Part shown: positions 23,438 through 33,926 of the stretch, piece after piece | Position numbering within the stretch: the first letter of the stretch is position 1 | Layout: each line of letters begins with the position of its first letter | NCBI GenBank assembly: GCA_963662285.2 | Contig: CAXXMV010000002.1 | Location: 608,001 to 672,000, forward strand | DNA: 64,000 nucleotides | Source of the DNA: a bacterium | GTDB lineage: Bacteria > Hinthialibacterota > Hinthialibacteria > Hinthialibacterales > Hinthialibacteraceae | Reading direction: 5' to 3' | Made by a program: the position numbers and the translations under genes | Notes under the pieces: generated by a model | Database searches by the model: none | Seen by the model: the letters and a program-made list of their open reading frames with translations, nothing else | What the model was told of the DNA's origin: nothing

Positions 23438-23455
23438 AGTTGTTTTCTCCTTTTC

Positions 23456-23941
23456 TTAGTTGGATTGCTGATTGATCCGGTTTTGCTTTTCAACCCGCCG
23501 TCTCTCTTTCATGGCTTTGTACTCATCATCCATCCGTTTGTACTCTTCCATTTTGGCGATGGATTTTTCCAGGGCTTGGGCCATATCTAGACACTGCTTG
23601 AATTCGGGCGTGGGGTGAGGCGGGATCAGAGCGAAGACCTGTTTTAGAACCTCACGGGCTTCATCATACCTGGCGGACATAGACAGATATTTGGCTTTGA
23701 GGCGGAGAACGTGGGGCATGATCTCATCATAAGGCGCATTCTCAAGGATATCGTTCAGGTAATCCAACGCTAAGGCGACGTCGCGGCATTCAGGATTATT
23801 TTTCGACGCCGTATAAACCGCCTTGCTCATCAGAGCGCTGGCGCCGGTGATGGTATGGGGATAATAGTCCTGGAACAGTTGATCCCAGATGACGACGGCG
23901 TTCTGCCAATCGAATTTCCAGGAAAGGCTGTGGGCGTGCAG
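23456..23941 (-). pseudogene. 5'-truncated TPR-like helical protein fragment
   Basis: Frame stays open for 37 codons upstream of the ATG at 23830, up to the stop codon of the preceding gene; TPR-like ALMSKA...VLRLKAKYL...YDEAREVL pattern. Confidence 0.55.
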
Positions 23942-25261
23942 TTACTGAACAATCTCCCAGTTATTAACCATGCTATCATAAACAATCGTTGTATTTTTAT
24001 CCTGGAATATTGGCAGCCCCTCTTCGCCGGGTTTGATGTCCTTCGATGGATCGCCCACGCCGCCCTGGCCGCCGATGGCTTTTACATTGGACAGGATAAT
24101 ACTTGAGTTTGTTGCGTATATACCATAGCCGCCATTGCCTGAATCCACTGGTAGTTGTGGATTCTCATCAATGTTGATTCCCATTTGCCCGCTGGCGCCA
24201 TCTCCTCCGATGCACTCTCCGCCCCGGATGGTTATGTCTTGGGAATTCATAATTTCTATTCCTGGGCCAGCTGGGATCTTTTTTCTGGTTTTTTTCACCA
24301 TTGGATATGGTTTGCTGTTGCCGATAGTTGCGCTTCCGTGCATATCAAATACAACATTAGAGCAGTCAGTAATTAATATTCCCGCCAATCCCTTATCCTC
24401 TTCAGTTGCTCTATCACATACTGACATCGTTATATGACCACAAGTAAGATATCCAGATTGTATGCAGGATCGTTCAATGTGAACTTTTGCATTGAGTATC
24501 TTTTCAAAGGTAATCGCTCTGGAGCCAATAGCGATGTCACGAATAATTTCCGAATCAGATATTCGAATATCGGGAGAATCATTCTGATATATGTAGATTG
24601 CGGAGATAGCGATTTTGTCCGCCAGAAATCTATAGGGATGATACGATATACGATAACTGTTACTATCGATGACAGAATCTTTTATTTCCATATCTCCCCT
24701 GACTTTGAAAATCCCTGTTATATGTACGTTATCCAATGTAAGTTTGCCTGATACTACTTGAATCGGCGCCATAGAAAAATCACTATGAGAGCAATCTATT
24801 GATGGACTGTAAAACGTTAGATTTTTGATCTCGACGAGAGAATTATCTACAACCAAGGCATTGTCTCCGCTCATGGGTGAAAGGCAAGAATATGGGCCGC
24901 TATGATGAATTAAACCGTTATAATGATATATGTCGTTATAATAAACAGAACCGCTTTGCGTAATCCTAACTCTTTCATTCGGTATTGTTCCAATAATGGT
25001 CAAGTCTTTATTGGTTATTACGATACCCTTGAACCGTTCGAGTAAATTTTTGGATAAGTCATTTTCTAATAAATCGACTGTGTCATGCTGGTTGATTTGA
25101 ATAACGTCCCCGCTGAAGGCCGCTTCAACTGCTTCCTGGATGGATGCATACTCTTCCGGTAGATTGATGACTCTGGCGTGGGCTGCCTGTAAACAAGCGG
25201 CGATCATGCATAATGCAATCAAATAAGCAATGCGATTGATGAGTGATTTCAGGATAAACAT
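23942..25261 (-). CDS. Secreted right-handed beta-helix (pectin lyase-like) protein with Gly-rich C-terminal region
   Basis: Signal peptide, LPEEYASIQEAVEAAFSGDVI cap typical of parallel beta-helices, GGxG repeats, and the tail DSMVNNWEIVQ. Confidence 0.7.
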   Translation of the reverse strand: MFILKSLINRIAYLIALCMIAACLQAAHARVINLPEEYASIQEAVEAAFSGDVIQINQHDTVDLLENDLSKNLLERFKGIVITNKDLTIIGTIPNERVRITQSGSVYYNDIYHYNGLIHHSGPYSCLSPMSGDNALVVDNSLVEIKNLTFYSPSIDCSHSDFSMAPIQVVSGKLTLDNVHITGIFKVRGDMEIKDSVIDSNSYRISYHPYRFLADKIAISAIYIYQNDSPDIRISDSEIIRDIAIGSRAITFEKILNAKVHIERSCIQSGYLTCGHITMSVCDRATEEDKGLAGILITDCSNVVFDMHGSATIGNSKPYPMVKKTRKKIPAGPGIEIMNSQDITIRGGECIGGDGASGQMGINIDENPQLPVDSGNGGYGIYATNSSIILSNVKAIGGQGGVGDPSKDIKPGEEGLPIFQDKNTTIVYDSMVNNWEIVQ

Positions 25262-25331
25262 AAGTCAATAATTCACCTTTGGATGCGGATAATATAAACG
25301 TCGTTTGTTTTATGAATAGTTCCAGACCGGA

Positions 25332-26375
25332 TCAAAATTTCCCGGTGCGGCCTTCGAAGTGGGTTGGTTTTTGGTGGATGGATTGGCCATTCCTGATCCA
25401 ATGGGCGATAAGGTCGATGACTTGATCGGTGGAGACCTGCGGAGGTCCGAATAGTTTTTGGGCTTGCGCTGCATTGTTTAATAGGGCGGTTGGTTCTTCG
25501 GTTCCTTCAAAGATTGGTTCTTTGTCGAAGCGTTGACCGAATTGTCGGGCGATCCAGCGGACGGTTAATGTTTCCGGTCCGGTGATGTTCATGATCCGCG
25601 TGGGGCTGGCGCATAGGTCGAAGCATTGCAGGGTCTGAGCGTTGGCGTCGCCCTGCCAGATCACGTTGACGTGTCCCATGGCTAGGGTGATTGGTTTATT
25701 GTCATATACCTTCTGCGCGATATCGAGCAGGACTCCATAGCGGGTTTCGACGGCGTAATTGAGACGGATAATAACTCCGGGAGTCCCGTATTGCTTGGAA
25801 AAATATTGAAACATGCGCTCACGTCCCAGACATGACTGGGCGTATTCGCCAACCGGTCCGGTGGGGTCGTCTTCGGTGGGGCCGCCGGATTCGACTGGAG
25901 TATAGGGATAAACATTGCCCGTGGAAAAAGCGACGATTTTTGAGTCTTTATATCTCTCCGCAACCAACGCCGGGAGATAAGTATTCATAGCCCACAGAAA
26001 TTCTTCATTCCCCATCGAGCCGAATTTCCAACCGGCCATGAAAAGAATATTTTCAGCATCAGGCAGAGAAGCCATAGCGGATGGATCAAGCAGGTCGCAG
26101 GCTATGGTTTCGATGCCGTATGATTCAAGTTGTTTACGCAGTTCAGGTTTAGAGAAACGGGAGACGCCTATTATACGGAGTGGATTATTGGATGCATCGG
26201 CGGCGCGTTTCGCCATCCGCGCCAGAGTCGGCCCCATCTTACCGCCAATGCCCAATACAAGCATCGCTCCTTTGAGTTTAGCGATTGATTCTATTGCGCC
26301 ATCCGTCGGCGTTGAAAGAATATCTTCCAGTTCTTCTTCATTGTTGATGGATTGGAGATTATCGTCTAAAAACAT
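25332..26375 (-). CDS. NAD-dependent epimerase/dehydratase family protein
   Basis: LGIGGKMG Rossmann motif, FSTGNVY, YAQSC and IRLNY. Confidence 0.85.
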   Translation of the reverse strand: MFLDDNLQSINNEEELEDILSTPTDGAIESIAKLKGAMLVLGIGGKMGPTLARMAKRAADASNNPLRIIGVSRFSKPELRKQLESYGIETIACDLLDPSAMASLPDAENILFMAGWKFGSMGNEEFLWAMNTYLPALVAERYKDSKIVAFSTGNVYPYTPVESGGPTEDDPTGPVGEYAQSCLGRERMFQYFSKQYGTPGVIIRLNYAVETRYGVLLDIAQKVYDNKPITLAMGHVNVIWQGDANAQTLQCFDLCASPTRIMNITGPETLTVRWIARQFGQRFDKEPIFEGTEEPTALLNNAAQAQKLFGPPQVSTDQVIDLIAHWIRNGQSIHQKPTHFEGRTGKF

Positions 26376-26769
26376 AAAATTGGTCTCACCGTTATACAGA
26401 TTATACGCTTACTCAATTGATCAGATTATATTGAAAGTATGTATAAATTCAGAGTTTTAATATAATCTAATAAACATTATAATATATCTATCTAAAAAAT
26501 ATATAGTTAATTTGAATATAATTTTCACTACGGTAATTGCAGTCTTTATGCTAATTTCAAGATAATATTTTTGAAATTCGAAAGGCGGCATAGACGTTAA
26601 AAAACTAAATCATGAATTCAGGGCTTCCTGATTTCGTTAGTTAGAATTATCAAATAGAGATATGCCAGAGCAAAAAATCAGCATATACTAAACTGAGATT
26701 ATTTACTGGTTTAAGCTTAGTGGTATTATCGATACTCTAACGTCGAGAGATATGAAATAATAGTAGTGG

Positions 26770-28212
26770 GTGATTGATGTGACGCATTTGTTAATAATCG
26801 GGGTTGGTCCTCTTCCTTTCTATGACGCCGACCGTTTATATGGTTTTGGAATTCGCGCGTGGCAGTTTGCGCAACCGCTGTTAGACGCAGGACATAGAAT
26901 CACTCTGGTATCCTGTGAATTCGGCGTGGAGCGTGAGAGCGCAATCCATATTAAGTATCGTTATAATCCATCGAAATGGGCGCCGATAGAACTTATCCCC
27001 GTGCCTCAGCCGGGTCCGAGAAACACGAATCTGATCTTAACCCGGATCGAAGAGATTATACGAACGCATAAACCAGAAGCAATAATCGCGGCAGGATCAA
27101 CTATAGCCACTAACCTGGCCGCCTATCTCAATACTGATCTGCCTATATGGATGGATATGTTCGGCGACCTTTTCGCAGAGGTGCAAGCCAAGACTCCATT
27201 CATGAATGCCGAAGTTGAGATCAACTTTTTCCACCAGATGTTAACCCGCATTCTCCTGAAGGGCGACCGTTTCTCTGTTGTCTCAGAAATGCAGCGTGGA
27301 GCTGCTATCGGTCAATTAGGCCTGATGGGTCGGCTTAACCAATATACTTTGGGCGATGAGATGGTGCAAACCATCCCTTGTGCATTGAATGGCAAAATAT
27401 CTCCCGTATCCAAAAAGCCCTATCTTCGCGGTAAGAATATCGGTCCCAATGAGTTTCTGGTTTTATGCAGCGGTGGATTCAATACCTGGACCGATGTCGA
27501 TACCATGTTTGAAGGAATCGAACGGGCTATGGAGCAGGATCGCCGGGTGCATTGCGTTGTAACTGGCGGCGGAATTAGCGGGCATCATGAAGATGGCTAT
27601 AAACATTTCCGTGGATTAATCGGTAAAAGCCCTTATGAGAGCAGGTTCCATCTTTTAGGATGGCTGTCGAATGACGAAGTCGACCAGGTTACTATGGAGT
27701 GCGATCTTGGTCTCAATGTCGATCTGCCTATATATGAATCTCTGTTAGGCAGCCGCAACCGTATGCTTTTCTGGCTGCAATGCGGACTGCCGATACTGAC
27801 AACCATAACTACAGAGATATCGCAGATTTTGGTGGAAAACGATCTGGCCCTGGGAGCGCCTTACGGGCAATCAAGACTGGTTGCTGATAAAATTATTGAG
27901 GCGGTTCAAAATCAACACATTCTCAAACGCCGGGCGCTTCGAGCCAAGAAATTTGGATATAAATTTTTAACTTATGATGAGACAGTGCGCCCCTTGTTGC
28001 AATGGGCTAAAGACCCGGTTAAAGCCGGAGACAATCAGGAACGTTTAATTCGGGGTGGTCAACCTTTTTCGCAAGTTGATCAGTTATGGCATACATGGGG
28101 ATTCCCGGAAAGCGGGAAAAGCAATAGCCTCAATCTGCCTCGTTCGCCCAAAGCGGTGATTAAGACGCGCCCGCGGGGGAAAAACTGGATACGCCGTTTA
28201 TTGGGTTCATAG
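26770..28212 (+). CDS. Putative GT-B (family 4-like) glycosyltransferase
   Basis: GFGIRAWQFA, SGGFNTWTD, FHLLGW and SRNRML...GLPIL; adjacent to a GT2 gene. Confidence 0.7.
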   Translation: MIDVTHLLIIGVGPLPFYDADRLYGFGIRAWQFAQPLLDAGHRITLVSCEFGVERESAIHIKYRYNPSKWAPIELIPVPQPGPRNTNLILTRIEEIIRTHKPEAIIAAGSTIATNLAAYLNTDLPIWMDMFGDLFAEVQAKTPFMNAEVEINFFHQMLTRILLKGDRFSVVSEMQRGAAIGQLGLMGRLNQYTLGDEMVQTIPCALNGKISPVSKKPYLRGKNIGPNEFLVLCSGGFNTWTDVDTMFEGIERAMEQDRRVHCVVTGGGISGHHEDGYKHFRGLIGKSPYESRFHLLGWLSNDEVDQVTMECDLGLNVDLPIYESLLGSRNRMLFWLQCGLPILTTITTEISQILVENDLALGAPYGQSRLVADKIIEAVQNQHILKRRALRAKKFGYKFLTYDETVRPLLQWAKDPVKAGDNQERLIRGGQPFSQVDQLWHTWGFPESGKSNSLNLPRSPKAVIKTRPRGKNWIRRLLGS

Positions 28213-28245
28213 TGTTTGGAACGTTTCATAAAGAGAATATCTATT

Positions 28246-29310
28246 ATGCCGCTCGTTTCAATTTTTATTCCGCACCATAGAAATTCATTATTGCTTAAAC
28301 CATTGTTCACTTCATTGCTGGCTATGGATATGGATGCTTCTGAGGTGGAATACGTCCTGGTTGATAATGGTTCAAACGATGGTTCCATCGAGTATACCCG
28401 AAGCAATTTCCCCGAAATTAAAATCCTGTCGCTGGGGCAGAACGAAGGTTTCGCCCCGGCCATGAACCGGGCGGCGCAGGCCTATGAATCAGAGTGGATC
28501 TGCTTCCTCAACAATGACGTCCGGGTTGATGTTGACTGGCTTTCCAATTTGCTGCACGCCGCCAACCGGACCGAGGGCGACTGCCTGACTTCGCATGTGC
28601 TTGATTGGAGCGGGAAAAAGACTCAATTCGGCGGTGGTTGGGTTAACCTGTTCGGCAAAGGCTTCGAATCGAATGCAGTAGAAGAGATTTCTCCCTATGA
28701 GGTCTTTTTTCCCTGTGGTTGCGGTATGATGGTGCGGCGTGAGGTGTTCTTTTCCACGGGTGGATTCGATGATGATTACTTTATGATTTATGAGGATGTC
28801 GATTTTGGTTGGCGCCTTCAATTAATGGGCATCCCGGTTTATCTGGCGCCGGACGCCAAGATTATGCATAAAGCCCATGCATCACTGAACCAGATTCCAT
28901 ATAGTAAGAAAGCGCTCTATTACGAGCGCAATAGTCTGGCGACAATTTATAAAAACCTGTCAGACGAATGGTTGAAGATCATCTTTCCCCTGGCCTTGCG
29001 TGAAGCTGCGGTCAGAGCCAAAGGCATCGGAGGCATCGGCGTGCCTTTCAGTTATTCAGAAGATGGATTGGCCATTCTGGAAGCGGTTGAATCGTTTTAT
29101 GACAAGATGCCGAATTGGCGGGAAAAGCGTGAACTGGTTCAAAACCGGCGAGTGGTTGACGATAGTGAAATCTTCCGCAGGTTCTTCCCTAATCCCGGTC
29201 AGATGTGGGCTTTCTCTGAAGAACATTACAAAAGAATTCATCATCCCGCCATTCTCCCCACTCTGGAAGAAATATACCTCCGAGCCTGCGACGGCGTGAC
29301 CTCTTCGTAA
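28246..29310 (+). CDS. Glycosyltransferase family 2
   Basis: VDNGSNDGS, NEGFAPAMN, FLNND and GGFDDDYFMIYEDVDFGWR. Confidence 0.92.
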   Translation: MPLVSIFIPHHRNSLLLKPLFTSLLAMDMDASEVEYVLVDNGSNDGSIEYTRSNFPEIKILSLGQNEGFAPAMNRAAQAYESEWICFLNNDVRVDVDWLSNLLHAANRTEGDCLTSHVLDWSGKKTQFGGGWVNLFGKGFESNAVEEISPYEVFFPCGCGMMVRREVFFSTGGFDDDYFMIYEDVDFGWRLQLMGIPVYLAPDAKIMHKAHASLNQIPYSKKALYYERNSLATIYKNLSDEWLKIIFPLALREAAVRAKGIGGIGVPFSYSEDGLAILEAVESFYDKMPNWREKRELVQNRRVVDDSEIFRRFFPNPGQMWAFSEEHYKRIHHPAILPTLEEIYLRACDGVTSS

Positions 29311-29339
29311 TATAACACTAATTGTTTAATGAAACTCAT

Positions 29340-29432
29340 GCGTAGGGTGGGTCGGCCTTATCGACCCACCAAAAGACCACCCCCGATGCGCTATTGTCTC
29401 TAATGCTTTTGCCAGGAATCTACTTCTGATTC
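29340..29432. repeat. 93-bp direct repeat, copy 1: GTAG-type REP hairpin plus conserved 3' end of a WQKH gene
   Basis: Matches 34031-34123 with 2 mismatches; hairpin GGTGGGTCG-gccttat-CGACCCACC preceded by GTAG. Confidence 0.9.
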
Positions 29433-30551
29433 GAGTTTGGTGATGTGGATGCTTCCGCCTCTGCCGTAATCGTTGTATTCGACAAACCTTTCGATTAAGT
29501 AGGGAACGCCATCAACTTTGTGGATAAAATGAAGGGGCGTCTCATCAGCCTCAACTGGCTCTAACGTTTCCGGATTATAAGCCTGTATGTTCAATTTATA
29601 GTTTTCGTTTTCATATTTAAGATCAAAATCCCACAATAAGCCTCTCCAATATTTTGGAGAATGACCAGAAGGATAAAATGGTTTTGTGATAGGTATTTCA
29701 GAGATTTTCTGTAATGGATATAGAGAATAATATTCTAGTTTTTCTTGATTGACTCTATCTGGAGAGATATAGTAAAAATAACCTTCTGGATTGAAAGGGA
29801 AATAGGAACCTGCATCAAAATCATGTTTTATTACAATCTCGCCAGAGTTAAGATCCATCTTCCATATTTGAGGCGGTAATCCCATATCTTTTTTTAAGTC
29901 TAGACTGCCTCCATTCATAGTGATGTAATCGGCAAGAACAAGGTGATCTTTTTCTTCAACAACTCCAATCCCATAAATTCCAAAACCGTCTAAGGGGAAT
30001 GATGATTCAATCCACCCGTATTTATCGTAAATATAAACATGGGAAATATTATGATCATTTGGATCATCTTCAATAATGTTATCATAAGAAATAACGACAA
30101 CGATTCTATCATTCCATTTATAAACACCACGGATATCACAACCAATTGATTCCCAAGAGGACGGAAAATATTCAGGATTAATTTTCGGTTGTATAATTTC
30201 CCGCGCAAAATTCACTTTCCCTGAAGATATAGAAATCGAAGTCATAATCTGATCGCTGTTACTTATTACATAGAAAGGATAATTGACTCTGACCGATTCC
30301 ATAACTATCAATGAATCATCAACAATCAGTGGAAATGGATCATAATAATTATAATTTAAACTTGAAATATTTTTGATTGTATCAGGATTAAAAGTATAAA
30401 TCCTCGTATTCCCTTCCGTCTTGGCTTCCAAAGTTGATCTTGGATGAAAATAATCAAATTGCTCTACCCATTCAAAATCTTGAGATAATACGTTATTTGG
30501 AAATACTGAGATACAAACGATACATATTAAAACTTGGAGTCGTTTATTCAT
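29400..30551 (-). CDS. Secreted hypothetical protein (beta-rich, propeller-like), paralog of 34091-35182
   Basis: AGGAGA RBS before ATG 30551 (MNKRLQVLICIVC...). Shares FHPxS, FPLIxDDSL, GVYKW, AYxPETLE and ESEVxSWQKH with the paralog. Confidence 0.75.
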   Translation of the reverse strand: MNKRLQVLICIVCISVFPNNVLSQDFEWVEQFDYFHPRSTLEAKTEGNTRIYTFNPDTIKNISSLNYNYYDPFPLIVDDSLIVMESVRVNYPFYVISNSDQIMTSISISSGKVNFAREIIQPKINPEYFPSSWESIGCDIRGVYKWNDRIVVVISYDNIIEDDPNDHNISHVYIYDKYGWIESSFPLDGFGIYGIGVVEEKDHLVLADYITMNGGSLDLKKDMGLPPQIWKMDLNSGEIVIKHDFDAGSYFPFNPEGYFYYISPDRVNQEKLEYYSLYPLQKISEIPITKPFYPSGHSPKYWRGLLWDFDLKYENENYKLNIQAYNPETLEPVEADETPLHFIHKVDGVPYLIERFVEYNDYGRGGSIHITKLESEVDSWQKH

Positions 30552-30580
30552 TGTTTTAACTCTCCTATTAAGCTCCCTTC

Positions 30581-30659
30581 GCGTAGGATGGGTCGGCCTT
30601 ATCGACCCATCAAAAGACAACCCCAAACATAATTCCACCCATCTAATGCTTTTGCCAGG
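30581..30659. repeat. Third REP hairpin copy plus WQKH-tail remnant
   Basis: GCGTAG-GATGGGTCG-gccttat-CGACCCATC-aaaagac...ctaatgcttttgccagg, with a compensatory pair change relative to the other copies. Confidence 0.85.
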
Positions 30660-30668
30660 TGTTTACAA

Positions 30669-31811
30669 TCAATCCGTGATTTCATAAGGTATGATGACCA
30701 TATTTTTACCATTTTTACTAAGAAGGAATTCTGATGAAATTATGTATGAACTGTCTTTATTGATTTTTTCGTCGTAATATTTTCCATTATTATCTTTTTT
30801 GAATAACTTGAAATCCTGGGCTGACAGGTCTATCGTCTCTGCCGCGGAGGAAGGTGGATTGAATCCTGTTGATGCGATCACATTGCCGTCTTCGGACATA
30901 TCCATGCGATCCAGTTTATGAGGCTTAAAACCTAAAAATACAGGTTCACTCCATTCATTCTTCTTCCATTCTATTAATGCAATTCCGTTGTCTTCAGTAT
31001 TGACTAGTAATAAGTTCCCGTTTTTTGCATGATCTATAACTATTGGATTCGTCGCTCCCGAAATTTTCAAGGGCTGCGCCGGTTGCCATTCGTTGCCTTT
31101 ACGATCAGCCCAGAAACTTTTATAGACATTCACGGTTCTTGTGTAATTGCCATAGTCCTTTTTTTCTAAGACGGTTGCATTGATGAATACCCGTTGGCCG
31201 GAAGAATCTATAAAGAGATGTGTTGCCAACTCGACGACTCCAACTTCATGGGGTTTGGAGAAGGTTTTTCCTTCTTTGTCTACGATGCAAATCTTCTCTC
31301 TGCCATCACCGAAGAAATAGGAATAAAGAAAAGTGTTTGCGTTTGAGGAGATATCGAAATGGATCATGCTTTCCAAGGCATGTTCTTTAGGATGGATGTA
31401 TTGCGCCGATAATTCTGTCGTATCTGTATCCATGAAGTTTATATTGGCGTTTTTCTGATCCTGTTGTAGGTAGGACAGAGTTTTTCCTGAGGAATCCAGT
31501 TTCAATTTTACGCCATAAAAATCATGACCGGATATTTCCTTGACTTTGTATTGTCCATTTTGAGTGACGATCAATTTCCCATCGGCTGCAATGACGCTTC
31601 CATCGTTATTGATGTCCGCATAGTTATGATGGGCGGATATTCTGAATTGTAAGTCTGACGATGTTTTATCGCCGATATTTCCTTGTTCAGCGCTTAAGTT
31701 TATTGAAGACATTTTGGAACGCTGTAGTTTTTTTTCAGCTTGAGATGACACCGAGAGAATCAATACGAATGCGGCTGCTAAGCAAATTGGAAAAACAAAT
31801 ATTTTCTTCAT
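30669..31811 (-). CDS. Secreted TolB/PD40-like beta-propeller protein, possibly C-terminally truncated
   Basis: Signal peptide; repeated blade-like motifs (DINNDG, DSSGK, DISSNA, DSSGQ, DMSEDG, LSKNGK); ends abruptly next to a foreign tail remnant. Confidence 0.6.
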   Translation of the reverse strand: MKKIFVFPICLAAAFVLILSVSSQAEKKLQRSKMSSINLSAEQGNIGDKTSSDLQFRISAHHNYADINNDGSVIAADGKLIVTQNGQYKVKEISGHDFYGVKLKLDSSGKTLSYLQQDQKNANINFMDTDTTELSAQYIHPKEHALESMIHFDISSNANTFLYSYFFGDGREKICIVDKEGKTFSKPHEVGVVELATHLFIDSSGQRVFINATVLEKKDYGNYTRTVNVYKSFWADRKGNEWQPAQPLKISGATNPIVIDHAKNGNLLLVNTEDNGIALIEWKKNEWSEPVFLGFKPHKLDRMDMSEDGNVIASTGFNPPSSAAETIDLSAQDFKLFKKDNNGKYYDEKINKDSSYIISSEFLLSKNGKNMVIIPYEITD

Positions 31812-31820
31812 TCTATTCTC

Positions 31821-32888
31821 CTATTTATAATCCTTGTAATTATTGGTTTTAGATTGGCTGGTCAGCAGGTCGTTCAAATCCCACAGATACAACATAGCAT
31901 CATGGCCGCCGGTTATGAATTTCGTACCGTCATGGGAAAAACGTGCAATATTCAAGTCTCCAAGTTTAATGCGTAGTTCGCTATTATGGGAAATGTGAAA
32001 TAATTTTTTTCCATTATTTAAATTCCAGCAATTTACATTACTTACTGAACTTGCCAGTAATAAATGATCATCTGGAGATGAATCAATTGAGGTTAGGGGA
32101 TTCTCATCATCTTTTTCAAAGAATTCTTCTAATTCCGAAGTCTCAAGATTCCATTTACCAACATCACCTTGAGTAGTTGTACCAAATAAACTATTTCCTT
32201 CAGATGAAAAGTCAACATTGTTAAAAGTAGTATCAAATAACACTTCCAATTCATTTAACTTAAATAATTCTTTATAATTAAATAAATCCCAGATCACTGA
32301 ACCAATAATGAACTTTTTGTTATCATGTGAAAATCTAACTTTTCGATTCCAAGTGACTCCTGTTTTTATTGTTTGTACATTTTCCCCGGATTCGTAATCC
32401 CATATTTTTACGATATTATCTGAACCATTTGAGATTATCCATTTTTTGTCAGATGATATATCTAATGAGTGAACAATATCTGAATGACCAATATCACCAT
32501 AAGGATTTCCATAGTGTGCGAATATGCTTTTTGTTATTACTCCATCATTAACATCCCAGTAATTTATATTTCCCCCAATATTACCTGTAATGATCGTGTT
32601 ATTATCAATAAATTTTAATTTATTGATCTGATATTCTATACCTAATTTCTTTACTAGACTCCCAGATTGTATATCCCAAATCGATATTCCTTTCTCACCA
32701 CCAATTGCAAGGTATTCTCCATTTCGAGAAAAATCAGCATCAAATATATATCTATGAGGATAATTATCCTGGAAATGATCGAATATATAAATCGGTTCAG
32801 GTATCTTATTGCTGGCAAAAGCATTGTCGATAGAAAATCCAGCAAACGAGATGAATACTAATAAGAAATTTGATATATGATTTTTCAT
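31821..32888 (-). CDS. Secreted WD40-repeat protein
   Basis: Signal peptide, GH...WD repeats and FSHDGTKFITGGHDAMLYLWDL. Confidence 0.88.
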   Translation of the reverse strand: MKNHISNFLLVFISFAGFSIDNAFASNKIPEPIYIFDHFQDNYPHRYIFDADFSRNGEYLAIGGEKGISIWDIQSGSLVKKLGIEYQINKLKFIDNNTIITGNIGGNINYWDVNDGVITKSIFAHYGNPYGDIGHSDIVHSLDISSDKKWIISNGSDNIVKIWDYESGENVQTIKTGVTWNRKVRFSHDNKKFIIGSVIWDLFNYKELFKLNELEVLFDTTFNNVDFSSEGNSLFGTTTQGDVGKWNLETSELEEFFEKDDENPLTSIDSSPDDHLLLASSVSNVNCWNLNNGKKLFHISHNSELRIKLGDLNIARFSHDGTKFITGGHDAMLYLWDLNDLLTSQSKTNNYKDYK

Positions 32889-32897
32889 TCTATTCTC

Positions 32898-33926
32898 CTA
32901 TTTATAATCCTGGTAATTATTGGTTTTAGATTGGCTGGTAAGCAGGTCGTTCAAATCCCACAGATACACTGTCGCATCAGGGCCGCCAGTAATGAATTTG
33001 GTTCCGTCGGGGGAGAAGCGTACGGGATTGGCTGATAGATAAGTATCTGTGTACAATTTAAATAGCCGTGTATCTGATATTATATCGTAACAAATTGTAC
33101 TATTATTAGAACCTATGATTACTTTTGAATTATCTTCAGATAAATCTATGCTAAAGTAATAATCATTCTCTAAAACAGGTATAACACGATCAATTTTCGA
33201 AGAATTTATATTCCATTCAAAAATTCCTATACTTGTATTAAAACTGTAAAGAGATTTCATATCTGTTGTAATATCGGTTTCATACCCAAAGTTATCAAAT
33301 GTTAATGTATTTTCTTTGTCATTAAGGTTCCAAATTTTGGTTCCAACTAAAACGTTATTATTATCCAGAAAAATAGATTTTACATTACCTCCTTTAGAAA
33401 TATTTTCAATTTCGTTTTGTAACTTATATGTCTGTGTATCCCAAATTTTTCCTATGTTGTCTACACCATATGAGAATAAAGACATACCATCTGGTGAGAT
33501 ATCCATTGACCAAACATGACTTCCCCAATCATCTGAACCAAATTGTACATCATCATGTGCTTTGAAAGAATTAATCGTTTTCCCATTTACAATATCTAAT
33601 ATATATACAGTTCCTCCTTCAGTGCCAGCAAATAACACCTTTTCATTGCATGAAAAAACGATGCATTCAGTATAATATATGTTAAATATGTGTATCAATT
33701 TCCCTGTATTAACATTCCATAGTTTAACTCCTCCAGAACCACATGTCGCCAACAAATCTCCATTAGTACTAAATTCAGCAGATACAACAATTGAGTACGA
33801 ATGAACTGGATCATGATGAAAAATATGGATTGGTTCAGGTATCTTATTGCTAGCAAGAGTATAGTCGATAGAAAATCCTGTGAACGAGATGAAAATCAAT
33901 AAGAAATATACGATATAATTCTTCAT
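32898..33926 (-). CDS. Secreted WD40-repeat protein, paralog of 31821-32888
   Basis: Signal peptide, KAH...SPDG...WD repeats and FSPDGTKFITGGPDATVYLWDL. Confidence 0.88.
   Translation of the reverse strand: MKNYIVYFLLIFISFTGFSIDYTLASNKIPEPIHIFHHDPVHSYSIVVSAEFSTNGDLLATCGSGGVKLWNVNTGKLIHIFNIYYTECIVFSCNEKVLFAGTEGGTVYILDIVNGKTINSFKAHDDVQFGSDDWGSHVWSMDISPDGMSLFSYGVDNIGKIWDTQTYKLQNEIENISKGGNVKSIFLDNNNVLVGTKIWNLNDKENTLTFDNFGYETDITTDMKSLYSFNTSIGIFEWNINSSKIDRVIPVLENDYYFSIDLSEDNSKVIIGSNNSTICYDIISDTRLFKLYTDTYLSANPVRFSPDGTKFITGGPDATVYLWDLNDLLTSQSKTNNYQDYK

Noticed and set aside
30552-30638. 29-aa N-terminal extension of the ORF called 29400..30638
   Set aside because: It translates the REP hairpin; the RBS and signal peptide point to ATG 30551.
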